Assembly: GCF_009914755.1 (NCBI RefSeq)
Contig: NC_060939.1
Length of the DNA stretch: 64,000 bases
From: the human T2T-CHM13v2.0 reference genome, Homo sapiens
Direction: 5' to 3' (one strand)
Shown in pieces: positions 1 to 15,653 of the stretch. The notes beneath the pieces were generated by a model. That model was not told the origin of the DNA and searched no databases. It saw only the letters and a list, made by a program, of their open reading frames with translations. The position numbers were made by a program, and so were the translations under genes. Each line of letters begins with the position of its first letter. The first letter of the stretch is position 1.

Positions 1-959
1 GCTCCTGCCCAGGTTGCCCCATCTGCCTGGGGCACTTGTCATGGACCTGAGCCGGCTGCTCTGGAGAACTAGCAGAGGGAAAGAGAGGACTAAATATAAT
101 GGGAAGAAGTGAAGAAGAGGCCAGCTGCTGGTCTGGAGGATGGCATAGGGGGCTGCAGCCTGGCATTTTATTTGGTTTCCCCCTAGACTGGCAGCATTCA
201 TGCCCAAAGCACTAGATATTGTCCATTTATAAGTTCAGATGAAAATTGAGTTGTTCTTGGTGGAAATGTTTTAGTGACTGGTATCAAGGGTTATGAAATC
301 CTGTTTTCAGCTCTTCATGTCCAATCTAAACTGGAACATTCAAAAACATGCTTAGCACACTTACAGAACTTGTTGGGAACACTCAGGAAACTCAGCTACA
401 GGCAGAGCACATGGTCACTGTGGTAGAACTTGCAGTGAGACCTCAATTATCTAGAACCTGGCCAACCACATACTTGACCTCACTAGATGTCTTTGTGGCA
501 CCAAATGAAAAGAACAGGCTAATGTTGGAAATGGAGTTTAAATAAACAACAACAGTTTTAAAAATCTTTGAAAATGCCAGGGTGTAGTATATTCAGTGTA
601 CATCCTGAGTTCTGTTTGTAACTCTTTGATTCCAAGCTTCAGAAAATTACAATTATAGGCTAATTTTTTATACTACTACTAATCGTAATATAATCAAATT
701 ATATGTCTTTCAACCAGAGTCAACAACTGCTCAGTCCCTTTTTTTAAAAAAAAATTAAAAACACTTGTCATCTTAAAGACCTTCAGACAACTTAAGATTC
801 AATACAACAAAGAAAAAATTGTCTTGCTGTTCTTAACCTACCAAAGCAGGCAAGTAGACGCACATGTGTTTTACACACGTCATTGGAAGAAGGCTGGCAA
901 TACCAGCTTGGTTGCAAGGAAAGAGGCAATTGTGAGGACTCCTTCTCACACTGCAGTAA

Positions 960-1056
960 TTTGCTGAGTGACCTTGAACAAGGATCTTAATGCATCAGAG
1001 TCTGTTTCCTCAACCCCAAAATGAAGGGATTGGACCAGATGCCCTCAAGGTTCCTC
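960..1056 (+). mobile_element. MIR-family SINE fragment
   Basis: gtgaccttgaacaag...ctgtttcctca...aaaatgaagggattggaccagatg...aaggttcct resembles the MIR core and MIR3/MIRc tail. Confidence 0.6.
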
Positions 1057-1635
1057 AAGGGTCAGCTGTCACAGTTCTCCAAAGTGAGTTTTCAGGCAGA
1101 CATAGAGTTAGCCAGTGTCGCCTCACCAGGACATTTTGTTTTCTGAACATTGGGCCTCTGTGGTTTGTCACATACACCCAGGGGACTGGGCTCATAACTC
1201 CCTGAAGAACCTCTGCCCAGAACAAAGGATGCTTTGGATTTGACTGTGTGTACCAAAGGGAATAAGTGAACCCCCAAATCAAACATCCCTCTTGGCAGAT
1301 GGTGTTTTCAGGGCTTTCTTATTTGTTCCTTTATTAAGCAGTTGTCCTGGGGCGGTCCATTGCATGGAAGAAATAAAGGCATGTTCTAATACTTGCGTAT
1401 TAAAGAGCAGCAGAAAGAGAGCTCTCAGGGTGAGCTTATAGTTCAAAGGCCAAATGGAACCGATGCAAGGAGACTTTCAAGCCACAAGCAGAATTTTTTT
1501 CTGCCTTCCCAGAAGGTCCGATGGAATGAGCACTTCACCCAAACTTGAAGTCACTCAAGTCTTGCTTTTATTTTGAACCAGAAAAAAAGAAAAGGAAAAC
1601 CCACGTAGAATGCAAAATTTAAGTAAAGATTTTTG

Positions 1636-1929
1636 GGCCAGTCGCGGTGGCTCACGCCTGTAATCCCAGCACTTTGGGAGGCTGAGTTGGGTTGATCACA
1701 GGTCAGGAGTTCAAGACCAGCCTGGCCAACACGGTGAAACCCCATCTCTACTAAAAATACAAAAATTTAGCTGGGTGTGGTGGTGCGCACCTATAATCCC
1801 AGCTACTCAGGAGGCTGAGGCAGGAGAATCGCTTGAACCCGGGGGCAGAGGTTGCAGTGAGCCAAGATCGTGCCATTGCACTCCAGCTTGGGTGACAAGA
1901 GCGAAACTCCATCTCAAAAAAAAAAAAAA
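1636..1929 (+). mobile_element. Alu (AluS-like)
   Basis: Full dimeric Alu from ggccagtcgcggtggctcacgcctgtaatcccagc to an A tail. Confidence 0.97.
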
Positions 1930-2548
1930 TGTAATTGCAGGTGAGTGAACACAGGGATAGTAGGGTAGCTTGATTGCTGTTCAAAGGGAAAGAGATGGGG
2001 AGGATATGAAACTCTGAGGGCAGATGGGCATATATCTGCTGCAGCATGTATGTTCTGGGAACATGTGTGTATGTACCAGTGTGGGTTCAGGGCATTCATT
2101 GGCAACCCCAAGATCTAAAACAGCTCCTTTTTGTCCATTAAACATAGCAGATGGGAAATGTAAAGATACAGAATAAATGGAGGTGAAATGTATGCCGTAG
2201 GTTTGGTTTTTGAGTTATTAATGTGCTACTTGGGGCTACTTCAAAAAATGAATATTAGATGAGTATTTGGGGGTAAGTTCACATTTTATGCAAATTGACT
2301 CTAAGGCCTCTAGGTAGGTTGTCCTTCTGAAATGGTTAAGTCTTATCCAGCTTCAAGATCTGGGCATAGGGGTATGCCCCATTTAGAATTAGGGAAAAGA
2401 ATCTGAGTCATGCAGCCTAGCTTCACTTTATATTAACTCTGGGAAAAGTTAGGAAAGTTGGGTAACCTCTCAGGTGCTCTGTTTCTCAGTCCATGTATGG
2501 AGATAATGATACCTGCAAGTTAATTGGGAAAACTGGTGGTGGAGTCAG

Positions 2549-2968
2549 TGCATCAGTCAGCTAGTGTTGCGTAACAAAGCACTCTAAAAACCCAGCAGCT
2601 TAAATCCATTGTTTATGCTCACTCATGCTTCTGTGGCTTACCTGGGCTTGGTTCCTTGCTACAGATTTGGTTTAGGTCTGCTCCACATGTTTTCATTTCT
2701 GGGCCCAGCCTATGGGGCAGTAGCTGCCTGGGGGTGGGCGGGTGGGAGAGGGAAGTCCCATGATGATGGCAGAGGTACGAGAGGACAGGCAGAGACATAC
2801 AATGGCAGTCTGTCCCTTCTGCTCACATTCCACTGGCCAATGCAAGTCAATAGTCTACCCCAAAGTCACGGGACAAGAAAATACATGCCACTCATGGTAG
2901 GAGGAGTGGCAGAGCCACAGAGCAAAAAGTGTGGCTGCAGAGAGGGGTGACTAATTCACTCTGTCACA
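2549..2968. mobile_element. MLT1-type (ERVL-MaLR) solo LTR inserted into a MIR
   Basis: TG...CA ends; tgcgtaacaaa...gcttaaa and cttctgctcacattccactggccaa...aagtca motifs typical of MLT1; MIR-like halves at ~2400-2530 and ~2970-3040. Confidence 0.65.
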
Positions 2969-3329
2969 GTCATCAAGTGGCCAACACAGTACCTGGCACA
3001 TAGCAGCAGTCACTTCCACCTCTGTTGTTACTATTACTACTCAATGGGCAAGTTGAAAAAGAAAGTTTGTCTGAAAGTGACTAGAAAGTTCGGTATTAAG
3101 AGCATGTGTGTGTATTCAATAAAATAGGTTTCAACTGAAGTGTGATAATGTTAACAAATTTACTCTTTGTTCACTTCTATGGCCCAGTTAACTGGCACAG
3201 TTCTTGGGATATGGTAGGTATTCAATAACTATGCTGTGATTGATGAGTGGTCACTTTTAATAATGGTGATGCAGCATGGGATGACAGAAAAAGCGCTGTT
3301 CATCCAACCTGCCCCTATCTCCCATGTAT

Positions 3330-3490
3330 CAGCCCTGGTCTGGGTTTGAATCCTGGCTCTGCCATTTACAAGTTATATGACCTTGGGCAAGCCTCCTGAG
3401 TTCTCTGAGCTGGGCGAGGGTCCTGGGGGTGTTGCCGTTTCTGCGTGCTCACATAGCAGTCGTGTGCCTGGCACGTAGTTCATGCTGAAT
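3330..3490 (+). mobile_element. MIR SINE
   Basis: tgggtttgaatcctggctctgccatttac...tgaccttgggcaag...gtgcctggcacgtag. Confidence 0.7.
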
Positions 3491-4956
3491 GGATCTTGGC
3501 ATGTTTCTGGAACTTATGTGCTGTGCTCCTCACCTTCTCCCCAGCCTCTGTGTTGTCCCACAGATGGCTGTGAGTGGCTGATCGGTGGAAGTGCAGACGT
3601 GAGTAGCACTTGGCATGAGGTGGGCCCCAGCCCCACCCTCTCTCCTTGGGGTACACTCTGGCAGGCTTCACCTTCACCATCGGCTTTGGGCTCTGCCATG
3701 GCCACATCCTTGGCTGTGGCTCTCACCACCATTTTGGGACACTTTACGGGTCCCGCTTGAAGCCAATGGGAGGAAACCTAATTTCCTGCCACAGGAAATT
3801 GTTCTGCTAGGGAAGAATATATTTAAGGATTAAAACCTTCTGTCAGAGGAACTTGAGGGAGTTGCTAGAGAAAGACCTTTGGGGGTCTCTCGTCAGGAAG
3901 CCAGTGGGTGTGGGAGAGATCTCAGTCATAAATGGGGAGGAGGCCCAACGGCAGGTTCCTGAGACTGTACTCCTAATGCTAGCAGCTGGTCTTGGGCTGG
4001 GAGGAAGGGCTGGGCCAGGGAGAAGAGTGGGTCATAAATAGACCATTTTCTGCAACCAAGCATATTTATGGTAACATCAGCTCAGAATTAAGACTTATTT
4101 ATTGGATTTACTTAATGGGCCCAGTGCCCTATAAGGCCTGGGAGAGTGTGTTCTGGACACATCAGCTATATTAAATCCAGCAGCTGAAACTCCCAATTCA
4201 CTCTTATTACTTTGGTAAGGATTGCTACATATTTTGAGTGGGGCAGAGGGAGAAAGAAAGAACAATGCCAGGGCTCTGGGCAGCCCAGACTCCGAACCAA
4301 GAGGTGTTGTTGCTGATGCGTAAGAAGTGAATGAGATGTCTTCCCTGTCGTGAGTTTGGGAATTGCATGGCACAGAGAAGCAGGGGCATGGTCCAGATGA
4401 CTTTTAGAAAATACTGCCAAGCCAGACTGGCGGTCGTGTGCTCACAAGCTGGAGAGTGAGAGGTGCCTGTCTCCTTGCTGTCAGAACCCAGCCTGGCAGC
4501 CAGGAGTCCTGGCCACTTGGCATGGCCCTGATACAGACTGCTGTGTGATCCTGCGACATGCACTTTGCCTCTCCAAGGTATGGGTGTATGGTGAGGTGGG
4601 ACCATTGTAAGATGTGCCTTATTATCCACACGGCATTGTGGTGAGAATGATCTGAGATAAGGAACACAGAAGCCTTGTGAACATTCAAAGCACCAGACAG
4701 ACATGAGGACTCACTGTGACCCTCCTGACTGTGCACCCAGATGGCCAAGGCAGGGAAAGAGATGTGTTGTTGAGGACCTACCGTGTTCCTTACTTTGCCG
4801 GGCACTATCATAGTAAGCAGGCAGTAATAGTTACATGACAATACTGACAATAGATTCCTGCCACTTTCTGGAATATCTTTCTGGGTAGTGTCTGTTCAAA
4901 TCATATATCTCTTTTTTTAAAAAAATTGGATTGTTAATACTGAGTGTTCTTACTAA

Positions 4957-5302
<346 letters not shown>

Positions 5303-5985
5303 TAGATGAAAAATATTAAGACCAAGACACTAAGTGATTTTTTTCAACTTTGTACAGTTAGCAAGTACTGAACCATTATTTAAACTGAGGCTTATTAAGT
5401 CCATTGCCTTTTTTTGGAATGGTGGTATAATTTATAAATAATAAGCCTTGCATATTTAAAGTGTGCAGTATGACAAATGATGATATATGTATATACCTAT
5501 GAAACCACCATAGCAGTAAGAGAATATACATAACCTTTACCCCCAAAAAAGTTTCCAAGTGCACCTTGGTAATTGCTCCCTCCAATCCCTACTCCCTCTG
5601 TCCCCAGGCAATGACTGATCCCTGCTTTCTGTCACTAGATTAAGATTAGTGTGCCTTTTACTTTAGTTTAAATTACCTTATAATTTTACACGAACAGAAT
5701 CATGCCTGGCTTCTTTCACGCAGCATCATTAATTTAGATTCATTCATAGCGTTGCATGTATCAGTAGTTGATCCTTTTTTGTTACTGAGTTGTATTTCTT
5801 TGTATGGATATGTTATGGCTCATTCATCTGTTAATACATGTGGAGTAGTTTTCAATTTGGGGCTATTACATTCATGCACAAGTCTTTGGACATAGGCTTT
5901 TATTTCTCTTGGGTAAATACTTTGAAGTGGAATGGTGGATCATATGGTAGGCTTATGGTTTTTTAGCTTTTTAAGAAACTTCCAA

Positions 5986-6115
5986 ATGTTTGAGGGATGA
6001 ATATCCCAATTACCCAGATTTGATCATTACACATTGTATGCTTGTATCAAAATATCGCAAGTACCCTATAAATATGTATAGCTACTGTGTATCCCCCAAA
6101 ATAAAATATTTTAGA
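5986..6115 (+). mobile_element. 5'-truncated L1MA-like 3' tip nested in the older L1
   Basis: tacccagatttgatcattacacattgtatg...tatcaaaatatc...ataaatatgta is the L1MA 3' end; near-identical TSDs aagaaacttccaa (5973-5985) and aaggaacttccaa (6116-6128). Confidence 0.75.
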
Positions 6116-6401
6116 AAGGAACTTCCAAGCTGTTTTCCAAAATAGTTGTACCATTTTACATTTGCACCAGCAGTGGAAGGGAGTTCCAGTTGTTCCACAT
6201 CCTTGCCAATACATGGCATGATCAGGCTTTTTAATTGTAGCCATTCTAATAAGTATGTAGTCCTATCTCATTGTAGTTTTAATTTGTGCTTCTCTAATGA
6301 TCAACATTGTCAAGCATCTTTTCATATGCTTGTTGTCTTCATATCTTTCTGGGTAGTGTCTGTTCAAATCATGTATCTCTTTTTTAAAAGATTGAATTGT
6401 T

Positions 6402-6743
<342 letters not shown>

Positions 6744-7619
6744 CTAGAAACAGGTCTATTATCAAATATACGCTTTGCAAATATTTTCTCTTAGTTAGTG
6801 CTTGCCTTTTTATTCCTTTAACAGTGTCTTTCAAAGACCAGAGGCTTAAATCTTGATGCGGTCTGATTTTTTTTTTATTATTATTAAGTGCTTTTTGGTG
6901 TGGTATCTGAGAAATCATTGTCTATCCCAAAAAGTCACAAAGATTTTCTCCTGTTTTCTTCTAGACATTTTAGAGTTTAAGTTTCACTTCAGTTTGTTTT
7001 TGTATAGGGTTACAATGTGTAGTTTGAAGATTATCTTTTTTACATATCCAGTTGTTACATCACCATTTGTTGAAGACTGTCCTTGCTCCACTAAATTGTC
7101 TTTGGACCTTTGTTGAAGCCAGTCGTCCATATATATGTAACTATTTCTGGACTCTGTTAGGTTCCATTGATCCGTTTGTCAGTCCTTGTGCCATTACCAT
7201 ACTGCCTTGATTATTGTAGCTCCCTTGTTTTTAAAAGTTTAATTAATATCCAAGTGATTCATGTATGATTAATATTACTACTAAGGCAAGAGGGCCACCC
7301 ACTTCTATCACCTAGATGGAGCTTACCTCCACAGCCCCATTCTCCCCCGCTGCTGGCATGAGCTTTTCTCCAAGGCCTTCTCTTGCAGAGGAGGCTATGA
7401 TGTCCAGCTGGCCCTTTTTTGGGAGTTTTGTCAAACACCGAAGAGCAAATACGGCCACTTCCCTAATCTGTGGGCACCCAGTGGCTTTGCAGGAGAAGGA
7501 GAACAGCTGAATAATTCTCTATTCCCACTCACCACTTCCCACTCTCCCTTTTACTCCTGTTCAACCTCCAGCTCACCCTACTTATCCAGGGCTGGGTTTG
7601 GGGAGTATCTGCTGTGATA

Positions 7620-7815
7620 GAGAATAATAACGCTAATTTGTGGGTGTTTATGAAGCACTTTCAAATGGAAACCAAGCTTCAGGAGGTCGGGGGGCAGAAT
7701 ACCCCATTTTATAGATGAGAAAACTGAGTGTCCTAGGAAGCTCATGAGCTGCCCAGTGTCTCCCAGCTAGGAGAGTAGAACCCTCCTTTACCCCAGGTCT
7801 TATGGCTCCACATCC
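7620..7815 (-). mobile_element. MIR SINE
   Basis: ccccattttatagatgagaaaactgag...cagctag. Confidence 0.65.
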
Positions 7816-8842
7816 GCCAGTCCTCCTTTTATACCTCAGGGACGAGTCCCAGGCTGTCTTCTCGATCTGCCTGGTAATTACTGTTTTTCAGCTGTAGGGC
7901 TTCCTTGTTCTGGGGCCCCAAGGGAGGAAGGTAATTACATCCTTCAAGATGCCCTTAGTCAGCAGCTCCAGGTCAGTTCCTGTGACCAAGCCCAGCTATG
8001 ACCTTTGTCTGTCCTTTCCCCTTCCCAGGCCAGTGGCTTGGAGAGTGTGATTGGATCCCTCTGTTTCTCTCTTTGGTTGGTGCTGTTGGTGGCATCTGGC
8101 CAGCCCTTCCTTCACAGAGTGCCCATGAATTCTCTGTATTCAGGCAAATGGGTGCCCTCGGTCATAAGAAGGCACAGAGGGAAAGCTTGCAAATGTCTCA
8201 CTGCCAGCCCTGCCAGCTATTAGAAAAATTATGGCACTGACTGGCAGGGTCCTAGGATGGGCCTCCTTGAAGAAAAAGCAGTCCTGCCTCTTAATAGGGT
8301 ACCTGTGACTCATGAGCATCCATCTCATCTGCTCCCCACTTCTATCCCTGCTACCCGCAATCTGTTGGTCACACGTAGCCAGAGTTCCACAGGGCCTGTC
8401 TCTTTCACACGTATGCACAGCCCACTTACACATCTCAGAGGCTACATACTGCTTTTAGAAAACAGGAGAAGCCTTTATCATGGCCTTTGGGGCCCTGCAG
8501 AGTACCCCTGCCTGCCTCCCCGGCCTCGTCTCAAGCCAGCTCTCTCTCATGATCCCCTCTCCAGTCCTTCTGGCCTTCATTCTGTTCTTCCGACCTCACC
8601 ATGTTTTCCACTTTCCACAGGGCCTTTGTGTGTGCCTTTCCCTCTGCTTGTACTGCCCTTCTCCCGCACCCCTTTGCCTGGTTAGTTCTTACTTACCCTT
8701 TAGGCCTTCAGGTCAACCATCACCTCCTCTGAGATGCCCTGTCCAGTCCTTCAGCAAAGTGGGGTGCCATGGTCATACACTCTTGGGGTTCCTTGTTATT
8801 TTCGTTCAGGACACTTTCATTGTGTGTAATTGTAGGTTTCTG

Positions 8843-8843
<1 letters not shown>

Positions 8844-8888
<45 letters not shown>
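8844..8888 (+). repeat. (GAT)15 microsatellite
   Basis: 15 perfect GAT units directly abutting the tail end of an antisense Alu. Confidence 0.98.
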
Positions 8889-8890
<2 letters not shown>

Positions 8891-9138
8891 GAAACGGAGT
8901 CTTGCTCTGTCGCCCAGGCTGGAGTGCAGTGGCACAATCTTGGCTCACTGCAACCTCCCCCTCCCAGGTTCAAGTGATTCTCCTGCCTCAGCCTCCTGAG
9001 TAGCTGGGATTACAGGCGCCCGCCACCATGCCTGGCTGATTTTTGTACTTTTAGTAGAGACAGGGTTTCACCATGTTGGCCAGGCTGGTTTTGAACTCCT
9101 GGCCTCAAGCGATCCACCCGCCTCGGCCTCCCAAAGTG
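8889..9138 (-). mobile_element. Alu (AluS-like, lacking the extreme 5' end)
   Basis: gaaacggagtcttgctctgtcgcccaggctggagtgcagtgg...gcctcggcctcccaaagtg. Confidence 0.95.
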
Positions 9139-9464
9139 GTTTTGGTGATTATTTGATTAATGCCGGTCTTGCCCAGTGGAATGGAGGGTCTCTGCAGACA
9201 GGGACCACTTTGCTGGCCTTTTCTCATAGTGAAGTCTCTTTCCTTACCACTGTATCCTTAGTGTCACACATAATAGGTGCTCATTAAATATGTGTTAAAT
9301 AAGGGACTCCATTTTAGTGGCACCTCCTCACCTGTCTAATACCAGACACTATCTGAAGTTTTACGTCCCTCCAGAAGCCTTCTGCCTCCCAGCCTTGCCT
9401 GTAGCTGACAATGCTTTTGCCGCCCCAAGCTCCCCAGTCCTTTCCTGTAAGCCACCCAGACTCT

Positions 9465-9595
9465 CATCATCCAGATCACCTGGGGATTTCACAAAGGGAA
9501 AGATTCTGATTTAGTAGGTTGGGGTAGGCGCTGAGAATGTACATTTTTAACAAACTTCCCTGAACCTCTGCTGCTGGTCAGGGACCACACTTTGG
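9465..9595. mobile_element. MER5A-like hAT-Charlie fragment
   Basis: gattctgatttagtaggttggggtagg...atttttaacaaacttccc...gctgctggtcagggaccacacttt. Confidence 0.65.
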
Positions 9596-9644
9596 CCTGG
9601 CTTGAGAGGTAAGGGCACCGGGTCATAGCTGCTTGGCCAAATCA

Positions 9645-9899
<255 letters not shown>

Positions 9900-9929
9900 T
9901 CACCACAAATAACTAAAAAAGAAAGGAGG

Positions 9930-10236
9930 GGCCAGGCACGGTGGTTCACGCCTGAAATCCCAGCACTTTGGGAGGCTGAGGCGGGCAGATCACGAGGTTA
10001 GGAGATCGAGACCATCCTGGCTCACACAGTGAAACCACGTCTCTACTAAAAATACAAAAACAAAATTAGCTGGGCGTAGTGGCGGGTGCCTGTGGTCCCA
10101 GCTACTCAGGAGGCTGAGGCGGGAGAATGGCATGAACCCGGGAGGCAGAGCTTGCAGTGAGCCGAGATGGCGCCACTACACTCCAGCCTGGGCAACAGAG
10201 CGAGACTCCGTCTCAGAAAAAAAAAAAAAAAAAAAA
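9930..10236 (+). mobile_element. Alu (AluY-like), ~550 nt upstream of SMAD3 exon 2
   Basis: gagatcgagaccatcctgg, gagaatggcatgaacccgggaggcagagcttgcagtgag; A tail. Confidence 0.97.
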
Positions 10237-10714
10237 GAGGAGGAAAGGCAAGTTTTCTTTTTTTCCCCTGACTTTCTAATGTGCAAGGGAAGACCTGAGT
10301 GAATGAGGGGAGACAGCCTTTGTACTTTGTCACTCTTCTTTGGATCACTGTAGTCCTCATATCTGTGCCTAAAGAACTCTCATTGTCTTCCCCAGCCCTG
10401 TCCCCTCTCCACACCTCTGGGCTGAGTAGGAAGCCGATGAGTGGCTCCTGGACCTTTTCCAAGCACAACTGAAGTGACTGAAGTGCGGGCCCTTCCCATG
10501 GAATGCCACTCCCTGAAGAGCAGTACAAAGTTGGGGAACCCACCGGGGACTGGTGGGTGAGGCCCGCTCTGCCAGCTGGGAGTCCTCACGGGGCCTTTGT
10601 TGTCTTCTCCTGAGATCCCTCCCAGCACTCTCAGCTAGCAGTGCTCTGATCTCCTGGACCTCTGGATCTGGGAGAAATGAGGGGAGAGAGAGCTTTCCAA
10701 GTGTCTGAAAGTAG

Positions 10715-11416
<702 letters not shown>

Positions 11417-11939
11417 TGACTCAGAACCGCATCCCTGTTGGGAGAGGACCCATGACCTCAGCTCCCCCCTCACTAGTGATGCTTTTCTTGGCATAGAGGA
11501 GCAGCGTGACCCTTCCGCCCGGCCTTGGTGCAGTCATTTATTTTGGAAGCGGAAATAGCAACACTGTTTCTCTCACCGCCCTTGAGGCCCGGACTGGTGT
11601 TCAGTCCCAATAGACTGGGGGTCTGCAGAGGCGGGGAGTGAGCTGAGGGCCAGGCAGCAAGTGCGGAGAGCTGGCTCTGTAAATTCGCCTGGGCATCAGG
11701 CCTCAGTGAGGGGCTCCAACCTGGGTGGGAATTGAAGTGACTTTGAGTTTTCACTCTGCAGGGAGAAATGGGCTTTGCCGTCAAAGACTGCAAATGTTTT
11801 TAGAAGCCCCTCATTTACATGCAAATAACGTGTGAATCACCAGCACTTTCAGACTCCAGGAAAGCTGTGCTTGGCAGCACTTGGGCTAGTCACTTTTGCT
11901 TGCTGGGGCAGTAATCCTGCTGCGTTCCTCTTAGAGCAT

Positions 11940-12084
11940 TCTAATTTGGACGTGACGTTCATCCTGGGTTAGTTTACTGGGCTGAGATTGGCTACAGGCC
12001 TGTGTGCTTGGGTCAGAGTGTTAAGGAGGAGACCCACTGTCCAACCTTCTCAGATCCTTTGCGGGTAGCCCTGGCGTCCCGCGG
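11940..12084 (+). promoter_or_regulatory. SMAD3: Candidate internal promoter / short alternative first exon in SMAD3 intron 3
   Basis: Consensus donor CGG|GTAAGT at 12084/12085 after a small CpG cluster; TGACGT (CRE-like) at 11953-11958. Splicing to exon 4 would use ATG 12723 (Met196, 230-aa product), matching my recollection of an annotated short isoform. Confidence 0.6.
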
Positions 12085-12662
12085 GTAAGTCAACTACTCC
12101 CTGTTCAAAGAGCAAATCTTGGAGGGCTTCAGTCAGGGTCTGGGGGAGGTTTCAGAGAAATAGATCACACTGTCTTTGCCGTCATTGAACTTGCAACCTA
12201 ACTGCTGAGTGAGGACACGTCCCTTAGAGACAACAAATAATAACACCTGGTCTGCACAGAAGAAGATAGTAGGGACCAAAGGGTGGGTCTGAGCCTGCAG
12301 ATCTTCAGAGGACAGAAAGGGGTGAGGCGGAGGCAAGTCTGGACGCCTCCCTGGAGGGGGTGGGGCTTAACCCTCACCTTGAAGGACCAGGATAAGTTAG
12401 CCTGGCAGAGGCTCTAGGAGTACACATTTCAGACTTGGGAGTTGATCCGGTCCTGCGTGAGCAAAGGCAGTTATGATCCAAGTGGGAGTCAGAGGTGGAC
12501 AGGGGCGAGGACAACAGAACCAAGAGCTGGAACCTCTACTCCAAGACCTGGAGCTCCTACAGCCACGGATGCTAGCATCATGGTGTGCATGTGTGATGTC
12601 TTTGCAAAAGGTGTCTCAGAGCCAAGCTGTGAAGGCCTTTTAACAGACCACCTTCCTTCTGA

Positions 12663-12782
<120 letters not shown>

Positions 12783-13659
12783 TAGCAGCTGGTGGGTTCA
12801 TCCCTTCCATCCCTTCCTCTTCGCCCTCTCCCTCCCTCCCTTCTATCTCTCTCTCCAGTATTTGTAGAGCAACCGCGATGTGCAAGGGGCAGGGCATAGA
12901 AGAGGGTCCGAGCTGCTCACAGATGATGGGGGAGATTGACAGGACAGTCAGTAGTCACTGGGCCATCTCGTGTATGCCCTGATGGAAGATGCCGCATGGC
13001 ACCAGGCACACAGCAGGGCCACTTCACCCGGTCTGGGGAGGAGCAGCACCTTGCAGTCCAGGTTTTTCCCCAGGTTGAGTCTTGGTGATGTGTAAGTGTT
13101 AGCCAAGCTGTTAGAGTGGGCAAGGGGTGTGCCAGGCAGAGTCATGGGGGTTGGGCAGGACAGCCTGGTGCATTCTGGGGACAGTAAGAGCTCAGTGTGT
13201 CTGGAGTCCAGAGAGTGTCTAGCCCAGGGAGCTCAGCGTGGCTGGAGGATACACTCTCTCCAGTGGGGAGAAGATGGGAGGGCCTGCCACACAGGGGTCC
13301 CAGTGTGGTGGACCTTCAAGCTAGCCAGACCACTTGGCATTTAGTCAGGGCTGATGGGAACCGCTGCAGGCTGTAAGCAGGGCCTGTGCCTTAGTGAGAT
13401 GTCACCAGCAGCAGGGTAGAGAGTGGCCTTGATCACCTCAAGCAGTCACATGGGAGGCAAGGAGAGGCTGAATGGAACTAATGCCTCTTCTGATGACCAG
13501 TGGAGACCCCTGAAGCCAGTATTTTTGTGTGACAACCACATGTGATGTGTGTGCTCCTGCCGTGAGGGGCAGGGCTTATTTCTCTCCTGCTACATCTCCA
13601 GATGTTTCCCATATCATTTGTTATAGGACCAAATTGGCTCCAGACCAGCAGCTTCTTGA

Positions 13660-14133
<474 letters not shown>

Positions 14134-14924
14134 TGAGGTTGTGCAATTCCTGAGAGACCGAAAGAGACTCGCATGTACATTGTAGTTGCTGAAATCCAGC
14201 CTGGACATCGTGGCACTTTTGGGTTGAGCACACCCGGTGAAACACACCCACCCGGCGGAGTGACTAGTAGCGCGAACCAGCTGGAATGCATCGAAGACCT
14301 TCCTGTATCCGATGCCAAGTGACCGCTGCAAGCTTGCAGCTATTCAGTGCAGGCGTGGGAAGCAGGCCAGCGGAGCAGCATGTCTCCAGCTGCTGTGTTT
14401 CTTCCCACTCTGCGCTCCCTCTTCCCTTTCTGCTGCTCTCCATATTTGCACAATGATTATTGTTACAAACAAACATGGACCAGAGGGGCTGGAGATTGGA
14501 AAGAGCAGCCCAGATTTCACCCTGTCAGCTCTTGTTTCTTCTCCCTCCTCTTCCTCCTTGTGCCTCCCTTTACTCTGTCCCCTCTCCCTTCTTCCTTTCT
14601 TCTCATTAAGTGTGCCTGCAGGGTCCTGTTGTGAACATGAGTGATTTATCTACAGTAGAGACAGACCAGACTTGCGGACCCCAGCCAGTGTGTGGGTGGG
14701 GGCTCTCCTGTTTTAGTCTCTGTTCTTCAGAGTTGCCTGCTTGGATAGTCCAGTTGCTCACGGGCTTGGCTTCCCTGCCCCCCAGGGTGTGGTAGTGTCT
14801 CGGGCCAGAGGGTCACGTTGTTCCCCATGTCCCTTCACCTACATATGCGCCCTTTTAGACTTGCGAGAAGGCCCCTTGGACTTCCTAGGTCTTTGTGGTT
14901 CAGGCCAGCACAAAACAGGGGACA

Positions 14925-15110
14925 AGCATTTATCCAGTGCCTACCATGTAGCGGTCATGGTGTAAGCATTTTTATATGCACAGTCTTACTTAATTTTTAC
15001 ATGTCACACAGTAGATGATATTATCCTCATTTTATACCTGAGGAAAAAATTAAGGCTCATAGAAGTTAAACGGCTTAGCCAAACTCACGTAGCTGATTCG
15101 TGGGGTTGTC
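14925..15110 (-). mobile_element. MIR SINE
   Basis: catttatccagtgcctaccatg...attatcctcattttata...aggctcatagaagttaaa. Confidence 0.65.
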
Positions 15111-15377
15111 TAGACCCTGTGACTGATTCTGTAACTTAGTTCTCTCGGTGAATATTCCACATCCCCCTTTGCATTTGGGGTTACAGGGGAGAAGGAGAAA
15201 TCCGTGGTTCTTCCCTTGCCCTCAAGGAGGTTACAGCTGAGTTGGGGCAAAAGAAGAGATTCCCACAAACAGCGCAAGGCAGCATTCACTTGAGGCCAGA
15301 TGCTGGACCCAGTCTCAGGACTGATAGATTTCATGGGGTGGAATTAGACCCCATAGGGTGGTTAACAAATAGTCTCC

Positions 15378-15653
15378 TTTTTTATTTTTATTTTTTGAAA
15401 CAGTCTCACTGCTGCCCAGGCTGGTGTGCAGTGGTGCAAACACAGCTCGCTGCAGCCTCCATCTCCTAGGCTCAAGTAATTGTCCAGCCTCAGCCTTCAC
15501 CACTTACGGCTTATTTTTTTTTTTTTTTTTTTCTGTAGAGACAGGGTCTCCCTATATCACCCAGGCTGGTCTCAAACTCCTGGGCTCAAGTGATCCCCCA
15601 GTCTCAGCCTCTCAAAGTGCTGGGATTACAGATGTGAGCCATTGCACCCGGCC
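15378..15653 (-). mobile_element. Alu (AluJ-like)
   Basis: Antisense dimer with tcaaactcctgggctcaagtgatcc. Confidence 0.94.

Larger units (their letters stand above)
8380..9300 (+). mobile_element. L2 LINE 3' remnant interrupted by an Alu
   Basis: Pyrimidine-rich L2-like body; 3' end ...agtgtcacacataataggtgctcattaaatatgtgttaaat at ~9260-9300. Confidence 0.6.

Noticed and set aside
8720-8999. Poly-Asp/poly-Ser ORFs, and the many LSPRLECSG / FKRFSCLSL ORFs across the window
   Set aside because: Translations of the (GAT)15 repeat and Alu sequence.
15108-15115. Perfect palindromic SMAD-binding element GTCTAGAC in intron 4 (autoregulation?)
   Set aside because: About one copy of any 8-mer is expected by chance in 64 kb, and it sits at a MIR edge; needs ChIP support.
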